NCBI GenBank assembly: GCA_965248695.1
Contig: CBDFKD010000002.1
Span: 1,888,001-1,952,000 of the forward strand
Length of the DNA stretch: 64,000 nucleotides
Source: Acidobacteriota bacterium
GTDB taxonomy: Bacteria > Acidobacteriota > UBA890 > WLXD01
Direction: 5' to 3'
Below are positions 38,059 to 49,119 of this stretch, one piece after another. A program made the translations under genes and the position numbers. The notes beneath the pieces are model-generated. The model was not told the origin of the DNA, made no database searches, and was given only the letters and a program-made list of their open reading frames with translations. Each line of letters opens with the position of its first letter. Position 1 is the stretch's first letter.

Positions 38059-39015
38059 TCAGATAAACAGCCTCGAGATGCTGGTTTCCTCGTAGATGCT
38101 GCGTATCGCCTCACCGAAGATCCCTGCGACCGAGAGCACCTCGATCTTTTCGCAGGCGGAGGCCTCGGGCGGCAGCGGAATCGTGTCGGTCACGAAGACT
38201 CGTTTCAGCGGGCTCGCTTCGATACGTTCGATGGCCGGCGATGAGAGTACCGCGTGAGTGGCAAACGCGTAGACCTCGCGCGCACCTTCGTCGAGCACAG
38301 CCTTGGCGCCGGTGGTCAACGTAGCGGCAGTGTCGACCATGTCATCGTAGAAGCAGCACACCGCATCACGAACGTCACCGACGACGGTCATGCCCTCGAC
38401 CTTGTTGGCCACCCGGCGACGCTTGTCGATCACCGCCAACCCGGCTTCGAGCCGCTTGGCGATGGCTCGGGCGCGCTCCACACCGCCCGCATCGGGCGAC
38501 ACCATGACCAGGTCGCTATCGATAGCGCCGATCCGGCGCACCGCGACGGGGGCCGCAAAAAGATGGTCGAGGGGAATATTGAAGTATCCCTGGATCTGCC
38601 CCGCGTGCAGATCCATCGCCAGCACCCTTGACGTTCCGGCGGTGGTCAGCAAGTCGGCGACGAGCTTCGCCGAGATCGGTACCCGTGGGCTGTCCTTCTT
38701 GTCTTGCCGGGCATAACCGAAGTACGGGATGACGGCGGTAATGTGATGTGCCGACGCCCGCTTGGCGGCGTCGATCATCACCAGCAGCTCCATGAGGCTG
38801 TCGTTCACCGGTCGGCACGTCGACTGGATGAGGAAGACCTCGACACCGCGCACGTTCTCCTCGAACTGGCAGCGCACCTCACCGTCGGCGAACAGGCCGA
38901 CGTCGACGGCGCTCAACGGCAGCCCCATCGATGCGGCGACTGCCTCGGCAAACGCCGGGCAGGCGTTACCGGCGAAGATCTTAATCTTGCGGTCGGTGTT
39001 GGACATCGAAGCCAT
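38059..39015 (-). CDS. prs: Ribose-phosphate pyrophosphokinase
   Basis: FADGE, PYFGYARQD, DLHAGQIQGYF, VSPDAGGVERAR. Confidence 0.97.
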   Translation of the reverse strand: MASMSNTDRKIKIFAGNACPAFAEAVAASMGLPLSAVDVGLFADGEVRCQFEENVRGVEVFLIQSTCRPVNDSLMELLVMIDAAKRASAHHITAVIPYFGYARQDKKDSPRVPISAKLVADLLTTAGTSRVLAMDLHAGQIQGYFNIPLDHLFAAPVAVRRIGAIDSDLVMVSPDAGGVERARAIAKRLEAGLAVIDKRRRVANKVEGMTVVGDVRDAVCCFYDDMVDTAATLTTGAKAVLDEGAREVYAFATHAVLSSPAIERIEASPLKRVFVTDTIPLPPEASACEKIEVLSVAGIFGEAIRSIYEETSISRLFI

Positions 39016-39072
39016 GCGGCCAGCGCCGCGACCGGAGCTGTCGAGGCGGATGCTCGTCTCGACACATTTAAC

Positions 39073-39097
39073 GGGTCATGGACGCAGACCATGACCC
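39073..39097. terminator. Hairpin between tRNA-Gln and prs (weak terminator or processing stem)
   Basis: GGGTCATGG-N7-CCATGACCC perfect 9-bp stem; no good U-tract. Confidence 0.4.
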
Positions 39098-39105
39098 AAA
39101 TCGAG

Positions 39106-39179
39106 CTGGGGCGGCAGGATTCGAACCTGCGAATGCCGGATCCAAAGACCGGTGCCTTGCCTGGCTTGGCGACGCCCCA
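39106..39179 (-). tRNA. tRNA-Gln(TTG), CCA not encoded
   Basis: Minus strand TGGGGCGTCGCCAAGCCAGGCAAGGCACCGGTCTTTGGATCCGGCATTCGCAGGTTCGAATCCTGCCGCCCCAG. Has a 7-bp acceptor stem, TTG anticodon and GTTCGAATC T-loop; usual position upstream of prs. Confidence 0.96.
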
Positions 39180-39260
39180 AAACCAACTGCCTTGGACGCA
39201 GCCGTCCCGATCAGCGTTTTCCGGGACGCGTCCCGCGAGGCTGCGCTTCAGACGCGCACC

Positions 39261-39290
39261 ATTATAAGCGCCCCACTTTTTTCGCATCAA
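39261..39290 (-). promoter_or_regulatory. Sigma70 promoter for tRNA-Gln-prs-rplY operon
   Basis: Minus strand TTGATG-N18-TATAAT, followed by a GC-rich discriminator-like GGTGCGCG. Confidence 0.75.
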
Positions 39291-39342
39291 ACACCACCGA
39301 GACGCCATCGCCACCGCTGTGCCGACGCGGCGATCCGACTCG

Positions 39343-40200
39343 CTACTGCTCCTCTGGCGCCTGGCGCCGGAACAGGCCTCCTTCGCGGCCGAGGTCGGAG
39401 ATCGGTAGCTGCAGCACCCCGGCGGGAACCTGAAGGTCGAAGTGGTTGGCCGGGAAATCGAAGTTCGGCGACGGGTCGTCAAGCAGCTGTAGTGCAATTC
39501 CGTAGCCGTCCGGCTCGATGCGCAGCCGCAGGCTCGACGGCAACGGCACCGTCTGGGCACCAACCAGGGTGGACGTCGATTCGAGCACCTCGATCATCAC
39601 GCTGTCGCCGGCGCGCCGATGCTCGACTCGATCGAACCCGAGCGTCGGCGGCAGCAGCCATACACTCGCTTCGGCCCCGTAGTCGACGCGTATCCGACGG
39701 GCATCCTCGTCCCAGGTGGGCTGACCCGGCGGATGGCTGGCAGTATCGATCGCGGAACCGAGCAACGCTGCCACTACGTCGGCGGCAGACAACCCGAATC
39801 CAATGGCCTGCTCGAACGAGGCGCGTGTGGACGGGCCCCGATACAGGAGCTTTTCCTCACGCAGAAACAGGCCGACCTCGAGCTTGTTGGCGCGCAAGTA
39901 GGCCTGCGTACCACCGCTTGGATCGAGTACCAGAATATCGAGATCGGCTGGTCGGCGAACCGATACGAACGTATCGACAGTGCGACGCCCGATGCCGCGC
40001 GACAGCCGCATCGTGTAGGAGCCCACGAGCCCCTCGAGGGGCGCCGTGAGCTGCCGCGCCGGACCCAGAAAGCTGCCGGGATCACGCCGCGCCTGCTCGG
40101 CAAGCTGTGGCCGCTGGCGGATCCAACCTCCGCGAGCGCAGCCGCTCGCAGCCAGCACGAGGGCCACGGCAAGGGCGACGCCGGCGGCGACGCGCCCCAA
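39343..40200 (-). CDS. Lipoprotein, LolB/LolA-like fold suspected
   Basis: Lipobox LAASG|C; beta-rich; occupies the lolB position upstream of tRNA-Gln-prs. Confidence 0.6.
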   Translation of the reverse strand: MGRVAAGVALAVALVLAASGCARGGWIRQRPQLAEQARRDPGSFLGPARQLTAPLEGLVGSYTMRLSRGIGRRTVDTFVSVRRPADLDILVLDPSGGTQAYLRANKLEVGLFLREEKLLYRGPSTRASFEQAIGFGLSAADVVAALLGSAIDTASHPPGQPTWDEDARRIRVDYGAEASVWLLPPTLGFDRVEHRRAGDSVMIEVLESTSTLVGAQTVPLPSSLRLRIEPDGYGIALQLLDDPSPNFDFPANHFDLQVPAGVLQLPISDLGREGGLFRRQAPEEQ

Positions 40201-40201
40201 T

Positions 40202-41446
40202 TCAGTTTCTCTTCCAGTCGCCGATCGCCACCCGCGTCATGCGCCAGATCACGCTGCGCTCGCCCGACTCGGTAACGTCGGGATTGACGAACTCCCAGGC
40301 CATGTCTCCGGCGCCGGTCACCTCGAATGCCCTGCCGGCATCGGACTCCGTGATCAACGTGTTGCCGTTCGGCAGCCGCTGCGCACTCCCACGCAACGGA
40401 GTGTGGAAATCCGCCGACTCGTAGCTCCAGCCGACCTCATTGGATCGAGGATCGACTTCCAGCACACGCGAGGTGGCCACTCCGTTGTCGAACACCAGCA
40501 GCTGCCCGGTTGGAAGAAGGGTCGGGTGATGTTGCCCATAGATATTGGATGGACCCCAAATCCACAGGACCTCGTGGGTCGCCGCGTCGAGAATCATGAT
40601 GGCGTTGAGATGGCGCATTGAGAGCAGGATGTTGCCGGCTCCGAACAGCGGTGAAACGGAGGCCAGCGACCCGTCGAAAACGGATATGTGATTCGTGTGC
40701 AGAGTATCCAGCGGGCCGTCTTCAGCAACGAACGTGCGGTGGGCAATGCTGGCGAGCAGGAATCCGTAGGGCGAGGAGCGCACGACATCGAGCAGCGAGA
40801 ACTCCTCGCGCACCTCCCCCGTGCGCAAAGACAGCACTGTAACCGTGTCTTCGAGGATCTCCTGGGTCGGATGCAGCGAAGGAATCGCACGCTCGCGTCT
40901 CGACAACGTCCATAACGCATCGCCGTGAATCGCAACGTCATGGTGAGCCCGAACGTCGGCAACCCACCGCGGTTGCGACGCGGAATCGAGACGCACGACC
41001 TGTTTGTCGAACCGCACCACGATCAGCCCGGCGTCCGGCAGCAGCTCGGCGTGCGCCACCAGCGCCTCGGAATCCGACCAGCGGTGCACCTCGCGCCCGT
41101 CCATGTCGACCAGGAGGAACGGCCCCTCAAAAGCCGAGTAGTAGAAGTTGAGCCCATCCCAGGCGAGCTGCGGGTCGTGTACCTGGACACCGCGTCGATC
41201 GGATTCGGGATCGAAGTTCGCGCCCACATATGCGAGCGCCCGGAGATCGTTCAGCGGCCGTCCCTGGGGGCGGATCCAGCTGTAGGGCTTGGCAGCTCCG
41301 TCGATGAGAAACCACGAGATCACGGAGTAGGGAAAGGTCCCGGTGCGGTGGGTCTGGTAACCCCACAGGAAGCCGGCGCCGATCACCAGGGCCGCCAGGG
41401 GCACTACCACCACCGGGCGGGCGTAGGTGCTTCGCGATGATGTCAT
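40202..41446 (-). CDS. Arylsulfotransferase (ASST)-family beta-propeller protein, membrane anchored
   Basis: [34 protein letters not shown]; N-terminal TM. Confidence 0.8.
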   Translation of the reverse strand: MTSSRSTYARPVVVVPLAALVIGAGFLWGYQTHRTGTFPYSVISWFLIDGAAKPYSWIRPQGRPLNDLRALAYVGANFDPESDRRGVQVHDPQLAWDGLNFYYSAFEGPFLLVDMDGREVHRWSDSEALVAHAELLPDAGLIVVRFDKQVVRLDSASQPRWVADVRAHHDVAIHGDALWTLSRRERAIPSLHPTQEILEDTVTVLSLRTGEVREEFSLLDVVRSSPYGFLLASIAHRTFVAEDGPLDTLHTNHISVFDGSLASVSPLFGAGNILLSMRHLNAIMILDAATHEVLWIWGPSNIYGQHHPTLLPTGQLLVFDNGVATSRVLEVDPRSNEVGWSYESADFHTPLRGSAQRLPNGNTLITESDAGRAFEVTGAGDMAWEFVNPDVTESGERSVIWRMTRVAIGDWKRN

Positions 41447-41650
41447 CCGACCTTCCCTTCAGGACGATCCCGCGATCCCTGGATCCAGAGGATCGCGTCA
41501 CCCGGCGCCCCCCGCCGCGCGTCCGCCCCGTGGGATCGATTATACGTCCGCTCGGGCAACATGCCCCCTCCGGCATCGGTCGCCGGCCAGACCTCTATAA
41601 TGGGCGTCCCAGACAGCCCGAACCTGACCCGCGCAACCCGGAGCCCTGGA

Positions 41651-42946
<1,296 letters not shown>

Positions 42947-43102
42947 CCGAGCAGCGCTGCTGCACATCCCGAGTTGACGACCCCGCCACCGTCGAGCGAC
43001 GCCACCACTTTTTCGTCGGCCTGCTAGACTAGCCGCGCTGCGACCGCCGATGCGAGGAAAGGGGGCTTTCGGCGGCGCCATGAATCTCTCGGGAGGCAAC
43101 CG

Positions 43103-43786
43103 ATGAAGATTTTTCTCGACACCGCGAACATCGACGAGATCCGTGCGGCCGCCGCCACGGGGGTGCTGGACGGAGTGACCACGAACCCGTCGCTAGTCGC
43201 CAAAGAAGGGCGTCCCTTCGCCGATGTGATCGCCGAGATCTGCGACATCGTCGACGGTCCGATCAGCGCCGAGGTAGTGTCAACCGACTACGACGGCATG
43301 GTCGAGGAGGCCCGCCGTCTGGCGCCGATCCACGACAACATCATCGTCAAGATCCCGCTGATTCGCGACGGCATCCAAGCGGTGGCCACGCTGTCTCAAG
43401 AGGGCATCCGGACGAACGTGACGCTCTGTTTCTCGCCGCTTCAAGCGATGCTCGCCGCCAAGGCCGGGGCGACCATTATCTCGCCCTTCGCCGGCCGCCT
43501 CGATGACATCGGACACGACGGCATGGAGATGGTGCAGCAGATCGTCGCGATGTACGAGAATTACGGCTATGCCACCGAGGTTCTCGTAGGCTCAGTGCGC
43601 AGTCCGAAGCATGTTCTCGACGCCGGTCTCATGGGGGCAGACATCGTCACGATCCCGACCAAGGTGTTCGATTCGATGTTCAAGCATCCGCTCACCGACA
43701 AGGGCCTCGCAGCCTTCCTCGCCGACTGGGAAGGTGCCCGCGAGCTTGTCGACGACCTCGCGGTCCCAGCCGGCACCGAGGGCTGA
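43103..43786 (+). CDS. fsa: Transaldolase / fructose-6-phosphate aldolase (short TalC-type)
   Basis: [42 protein letters not shown]. Confidence 0.95.
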   Translation: MKIFLDTANIDEIRAAAATGVLDGVTTNPSLVAKEGRPFADVIAEICDIVDGPISAEVVSTDYDGMVEEARRLAPIHDNIIVKIPLIRDGIQAVATLSQEGIRTNVTLCFSPLQAMLAAKAGATIISPFAGRLDDIGHDGMEMVQQIVAMYENYGYATEVLVGSVRSPKHVLDAGLMGADIVTIPTKVFDSMFKHPLTDKGLAAFLADWEGARELVDDLAVPAGTEG

Positions 43787-43800
43787 ACCGGCCGATCGCC

Positions 43801-45351
43801 GTGTCCCACGACGACCCATCCGCCGAGCTCGAACGCCGACGCCAGTCCGCGCGCGCCGGCGGCGGCGAGGCCCGGCTGGAACGCCAACACGGCGCCGGAA
43901 AGTTGAGCGCCAGGGAGAGGCTCGACTATCTGCTGGATCCCGAGTCGTTCCAGGAGCTCGACGCACACGTCCGGCACCGCTGCGTCGACTTTGGCATGGC
44001 CGACCGTCAGATCGAAGGCGACGGCGTCGTGTCGGGCTTCGGACACATCGATGGACGCCTGGTCTACGTGTTCGCTCAGGACTTCACGGTCTTCGGCGGA
44101 TCGGTGTCGGAGAGCAACGCCTGGAAAGTCTGCAAGGTAATGGACCTGGCGATGAAGGTCGGGGCGCCGGTCATCGGCCTCAACGATTCAGGTGGCGCCC
44201 GCATCCAGGAGGGGGTGGCATCGTTGGCCGGCTACTCGGAGATCTTTCTCCGCAACACGCTGGCTTCGGGGGTGATCCCGCAGATCTCCGCGATCATGGG
44301 GCCATGCGCCGGCGGGGCCGTCTACTCCCCGGCGATCACCGATTTCGTCGCCATGGTCGAAGACACCTCGTACATGTTCCTGACCGGCCCAGATGTCCTC
44401 AAGACGGTCATGCACGAAGATGTTTCAGCGCAGGATCTCGGCGGCGCCGAGGTACACAGCAGCCGCAGCGGCGTGGCGCATTTCTCGTCAGCCAACGATC
44501 AGGAGTGTTTGGCTCTGATCCGCGAGTTGTTGTCGTACTTGCCGAGCAACAATCGCGAGGATGCGCCGCGGCTCGACCCGACAGACGATCCTCGCCGGGC
44601 CGACCCGGAGCTCGATAAGATCGTGCCCGCCGATCCCAACCGCCCGTACGACATCGTCGAGGTCATCGACCGCGTAGTCGATGGTGCCGAGTTCCTCCAA
44701 GTTCACGAAAGCTACGCCCGCAACTTGGTCACCGGCTTCGCACGCCTGCACGGCATGCCGGTGGGGATCGTCGCCAACCAGCCGGACCACCTGGCCGGCA
44801 CGCTCGACATCGACGCCTCGCTCAAGGGAGCGCGCTTTGTGCGCTTCTGCGACGCCTTCAATATTCCGTTGGTGGTATTCGAAGATGTGCCCGGGTTCCT
44901 ACCGGGCACCGAGCAGGAGTTCGGCGGCATCATCAAACACGGCGCGAAGCTACTCTACGCCTTCGCCGAGGCGACGGTGCCGAAGCTCACGGTCATCACG
45001 CGGAAGGCCTATGGCGGAGCGTATTGCGTGATGGCATCCAAACACATCCGCACCGATGCGAACTTCGCCTATCCGGCGGCCGAGATCGCTGTGATGGGGC
45101 CCGAAGGCGCTGTCAACGTGCTGTTTCGCCGCGAGCTCGCAGCCGCGGAGGACGGAGAGGTGCTGCGATCGCAGAAGGTCGAGGAGTTCCGGGCCAAGTT
45201 CGCCAACCCCTACGTCGCGGCCGAGCGTGGTTGGGTCGACGAGGTGATCCACCCTCGCGACACACGACCAAAGCTCATCCGTGCCCTGCTGGCGCTCGAT
45301 ACGAAGGCCGACACGAACCCTCCCAAGAAGCACGGCAACATACCGCTCTGA
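43801..45351 (+). CDS. pccB: Acyl-CoA carboxylase carboxyltransferase subunit (propionyl-CoA carboxylase beta / MmdA type)
   Basis: [47 protein letters not shown]. Confidence 0.95.
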   Translation: MSHDDPSAELERRRQSARAGGGEARLERQHGAGKLSARERLDYLLDPESFQELDAHVRHRCVDFGMADRQIEGDGVVSGFGHIDGRLVYVFAQDFTVFGGSVSESNAWKVCKVMDLAMKVGAPVIGLNDSGGARIQEGVASLAGYSEIFLRNTLASGVIPQISAIMGPCAGGAVYSPAITDFVAMVEDTSYMFLTGPDVLKTVMHEDVSAQDLGGAEVHSSRSGVAHFSSANDQECLALIRELLSYLPSNNREDAPRLDPTDDPRRADPELDKIVPADPNRPYDIVEVIDRVVDGAEFLQVHESYARNLVTGFARLHGMPVGIVANQPDHLAGTLDIDASLKGARFVRFCDAFNIPLVVFEDVPGFLPGTEQEFGGIIKHGAKLLYAFAEATVPKLTVITRKAYGGAYCVMASKHIRTDANFAYPAAEIAVMGPEGAVNVLFRRELAAAEDGEVLRSQKVEEFRAKFANPYVAAERGWVDEVIHPRDTRPKLIRALLALDTKADTNPPKKHGNIPL

Positions 45352-45545
45352 ACGCAGCCTCTGCGCCCGCGGGCGCAAGCAAGGCACCGCGCCGGGCCGC
45401 CGACCCGGGACGCGCTCCGATGCGAAATTCTCGACGAAAACCGTGGCTCCGGGCTCCTATCTGTTGAGAACGCGTTGTGCCCGGGCGCGGGAGCGTTCGG
45501 TGGGCCTGCGCTCGGGTGCTACGCGCTCCTGAACGGGAGCCGGAA

Positions 45546-46928
45546 TTGACGTACCGACCGATACCGCGAGCCGCCACCCTGGCGTCGCTCGTAACGCTGC
45601 TCGCAGTGGCAACGCTCCCCGGGGGGGCCTCCCCCGCCGTCGGGGCGACCGGGGTGCCAGTTCCACAGATGGCTCCGGCAGAGGCGGCACGGCTCGAGCT
45701 CGACGTACTGATCGACACGTACGAGGAGCTCTCAGAGGCGCCGCAACGGCGCGCCGATCTCGGCTGCCGCGACCTGCGATCAGAGCGCTGTCAGATCAAC
45801 CTGGGCCGGGTGGGGGCCCTCTATGTGGAGCTGCTCACCCGAATACGGGCGGTGGCGCGGCACGAGCTCAGTCCAGCAGGGCGGATCGACCTTGATGTGC
45901 TGCAGTGGCGCGCGCAGCTGGCAGTAGCACGGTATCTCGACCCCGATTCCAACGGTTTCGACGAGGTCGGGTACGCGACACACATCCTGCGGCACACCGG
46001 ACAGGCGCTCGACCCCGGCGAGCTGCACGAGCTCGGACGTCGTGAGATCGAGCGTATCCGTCAGGCGATGATGGACCTCGTCGCGGCACAGAAGCCAGAT
46101 GCCGACCTGGACGCGTTCATCGAGGCGGCGCGAACCGACGATCGGCTCTACGCCGGCTCGCGTCAGGAGCTCCGGTCCATCGCCCGCGGGATCGCGGCGC
46201 GCATCGATCAGCAACTCGATACCGTGTTCAACCGATTGCCGGACATCCCGTACAGCATCGAGCTGCTATAGCGGGGGCAGCGCGGGTTCATGGCCCAGTA
46301 CCGCCGCGGCAACGAAGGCCTTCGTGGCCGATCCACCGGCTACGTGCTGCTGAATGCTGATCCGCGCCAAGTTCCGCTGTTCGTGCTCGAGGCGCTCCTG
46401 TTACACGAAGCGATGCCAGGCCACCACCTGCAGATGTCGTGGAACACAGGACACGATGACGACTCCGCCTGGCGCCGCCGAACCAGCGTGACCGCCTTCG
46501 TCGAAGGGTGGGGACTCTATGCCGAGAGCCTCGGTGTGGATCTCGGGGTGTACCGCCACCCGATGACCGAGTTTGGCCGTCTGAACCTGGAAATGTGGCG
46601 TGCCATCCGACTGGTGGTGGATACCGGTCTGCATGCCTTCGACTGGGATCGTCGCCAGGGCGAAGAGCTATTTCGCCGGCACACGGCGCTACCGATCGAG
46701 CAGATCCGGGTCGAGGTTCGCCGCTATCAAGACAATCCGGGACAGGCGGTCGCCTACAAGGTGGGCGAGTTGAAGTTTCTCGAGCTCCGGGCGCGCGCCG
46801 AAAAGGCGCTCGGAGCGAGCTTCGACCTCGCTGCGTTCCACGACGCCGTGCTGACGCACGGCCCCATCCCGCTGCAATCGCTCGACGACCAGGTCGATAC
46901 CTGGCTGACCGCCGCCCAGGGAAGCTAG
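45546..46928 (+). pseudogene. DUF885-family exported protein interrupted by an in-frame TAG
   Basis: ORFs 45477-46271 and 46290-46928 share a frame, separated only by TAG 46269-46271. Motifs HEAMPGHHLQ, AFVEGWGLYAE, RAIRLVVDTGLH, PGQAVAYKVG. Confidence 0.8.
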
Positions 46929-47059
46929 CGCAGAGTCCGCGACGCTCCGCGAGCAGCGCCGTAGCGGGGCCGCCGGCAACGGGCACGGACGCTCGAGCTG
47001 GCACGTGGTGGCCCGCGGTCGCGTTGGCAGACGACGGACGCGGACGATACCTTTCGCGC

Positions 47060-48586
47060 ATGAAGCAGATCCGGCGTATCCTCGTGGCGAACCGAGGCGA
47101 GATCGCAGTGCGCGTCATCCGCGCCTGCCGCGATCTCGGTATTGAAGCGGTAGCGATTTACTCGGACGCCGACCGCGAGGCGTTGCATGTTCGCCTAGCG
47201 AACCGCGCCTATCGGCTGGGGCCCGCGGCGGCGTCCGAGTCTTACTTGCGCATCGATCGGCTCATGGCGATCGCCGAGGAGGCGAACGCAGACGCGGTGC
47301 ATCCCGGGTACGGCTTTCTGGCCGAGAATCCCGCATTCGCTCGCGCCGTCGCCGACGCTGGGCTGACGTTCATCGGACCGCGGCCCGAGGTCATGGCGTC
47401 GGTAGGCGACAAGAACCGTGCTCGGGAGATCGCCCGCGAAGCCGATGCACCGACGGTTCCGGGGAGCCCCGGCCCGGTGGAAAGCGCCGACGACGCGCTG
47501 GCTGTAGCCGAGCAGCTCGGCTATCCGGTCATGCTGAAAGCGATCGCCGGCGGCGGCGGCAAGGGCATGCGCCAGGTGGCCGCCCCAGACGAGATGGGAT
47601 CGGCTTTCCGCGCCGCCACCAGCGAAGCGGAGTCCTCGTTCGGCGACGGGCGCGTCTACGTCGAGAAGGTGATCCTCCAGCCGCGCCACGTCGAGATCCA
47701 GTTGCTGTGCGACGAGCACGGTAACCGCATCCACCTCGGCGAGCGCGAGTGTTCGCTTCAACGGCGACACCAGAAGGTCGTCGAGGAAGCTCCATCGCCG
47801 GCGCTCGATGACAATCTGCGCGATCGAATGGGGCAGGCCGCACTGGCGATCGCCGCCAAGGCCGACTACACCAACGCCGGCACGGTGGAGTTCCTGGTTG
47901 ATCGGCAAGGCGGGTTCTATTTCATCGAGGTCAACGCACGGCTCCAGGTGGAGCATGCGGTCACCGAGATGGTTACCGGAATCGACCTCGTCGCCGCTCA
48001 GATCGCCATAGCGCAGGGCGAGCAGCTCCCCTGGAGTCAAGCCGACGTGCGCGTCCGCGGCCACGCTATCGAGTGTCGCATTTACGCCGAAGATCCGGCC
48101 AACAACTTCGCGCCGGCCCCAGGGTTGATCGAAGTGTTGCGAGTGCCAGGCGGCCCCGGGATACGCGACGATTCGTCGCTGTATGAAGGCTACGAGGTGC
48201 CGATCTTCTACGATCCGCTGATCTCCAAGCTGATCGCCTGGGGCGCGGATCGTCCGGCCGCGTTGAGTCGCATGCGGCGCGCGCTCCAGGAGTACAAGGT
48301 GGTCGGCATCTCGACCACGATTCCGCTCTTTCAACACATCATGCAAGAGCCGGCGTTCATCGACGGACAGTTCGACACCGGCTATCTCGACCGTCTACTG
48401 GCTGATGCAAGCCCGCTCGGGCCGCGTCATCAGCGGCACGCGGAGCTCACAGACATAGCCGCGATCAGCGCCGCGTTGCACGCGTTCCGGCGCGAGGAGG
48501 CCCGTGTCTTCCGGATTCGAGACACCGGGTCGTCGACCTGGAAGGCGGCGGGTCGCAATCGTGGTCTGCGGGGCGCTCCCCGATGA
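47060..48586 (+). CDS. accC: Biotin carboxylase subunit
   Basis: ILVANRGEIA, HPGYGFLAEN, GGGGKGMR, ERECSLQRRHQK, EVNARLQVEH, YDPLISKL. Confidence 0.96.
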   Translation: MKQIRRILVANRGEIAVRVIRACRDLGIEAVAIYSDADREALHVRLANRAYRLGPAAASESYLRIDRLMAIAEEANADAVHPGYGFLAENPAFARAVADAGLTFIGPRPEVMASVGDKNRAREIAREADAPTVPGSPGPVESADDALAVAEQLGYPVMLKAIAGGGGKGMRQVAAPDEMGSAFRAATSEAESSFGDGRVYVEKVILQPRHVEIQLLCDEHGNRIHLGERECSLQRRHQKVVEEAPSPALDDNLRDRMGQAALAIAAKADYTNAGTVEFLVDRQGGFYFIEVNARLQVEHAVTEMVTGIDLVAAQIAIAQGEQLPWSQADVRVRGHAIECRIYAEDPANNFAPAPGLIEVLRVPGGPGIRDDSSLYEGYEVPIFYDPLISKLIAWGADRPAALSRMRRALQEYKVVGISTTIPLFQHIMQEPAFIDGQFDTGYLDRLLADASPLGPRHQRHAELTDIAAISAALHAFRREEARVFRIRDTGSSTWKAAGRNRGLRGAPR

Positions 48587-49119
48587 TCATCGAGGTCGCA
48601 ATCGAGGGCGAAGAACACCCGCGCCGCTACCGAGTCCGTCGAGACAACGGCGACATTCGGATGTGGCGGCTTCCTGCTGGCGACGGGGCCGTCGAGGAGC
48701 CGTCGGCCATACAGATCGACTGGCGGGTGCCGGAGCCGGGCAACTACTCCCTTCTCGTCGATGGCCGTTCCTATGATGTGCACGTCGACGAGATCGAGGG
48801 AGTTGCGGACGTACTCGAGTTGCATCTGCTCAGCCACGTGGTCCGCGCACGCGCTTCGGACGCGCGCCGACATCGGGTCGAGGCGGCGGGCGCAGATACC
48901 GGTGGCGCGGTAGTGATCACGGCGCCGATTCCGGGTCGAGTGGTCAAGGTGCTGGCGCCTGCCGGCACAGTGGTGCAGCGAGGCGATGGCATCATCGTTC
49001 TCGAGGCGATGAAAATGGAAAACGAGCTCAAGGCCAAGCGCGGCGGCACCGTCGTCGAGGTGCTCGTCGAGGAGGGCGACGGGGTGGAGGGCGGCACCGC
49101 GCTGGCGACGATCCAATGA
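48583..49119 (+). CDS. Biotin carboxyl carrier protein with BT-like N-terminal domain
   Basis: APIPGRVV...LEAMKMENEL; ATGA-coupled to the biotin carboxylase. Confidence 0.93.
   Translation: MIIEVAIEGEEHPRRYRVRRDNGDIRMWRLPAGDGAVEEPSAIQIDWRVPEPGNYSLLVDGRSYDVHVDEIEGVADVLELHLLSHVVRARASDARRHRVEAAGADTGGAVVITAPIPGRVVKVLAPAGTVVQRGDGIIVLEAMKMENELKAKRGGTVVEVLVEEGDGVEGGTALATIQ

Noticed and set aside
41447-41650. Riboswitch (ZTP or glycine) or full sigma70 promoter upstream of glyA
   Set aside because: Riboswitch consensus elements not recognised. TATAAT at 41596-41601 has no matching -35, so it was not called.
46508-47059. Long N-terminal extensions in the ORF track (accC; also smpB, pdxA, mlaD, luxC, DUF2071)
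   Set aside because: They overlap neighbouring genes and have no homologous character; downstream starts with SD or stop/start coupling fit better.
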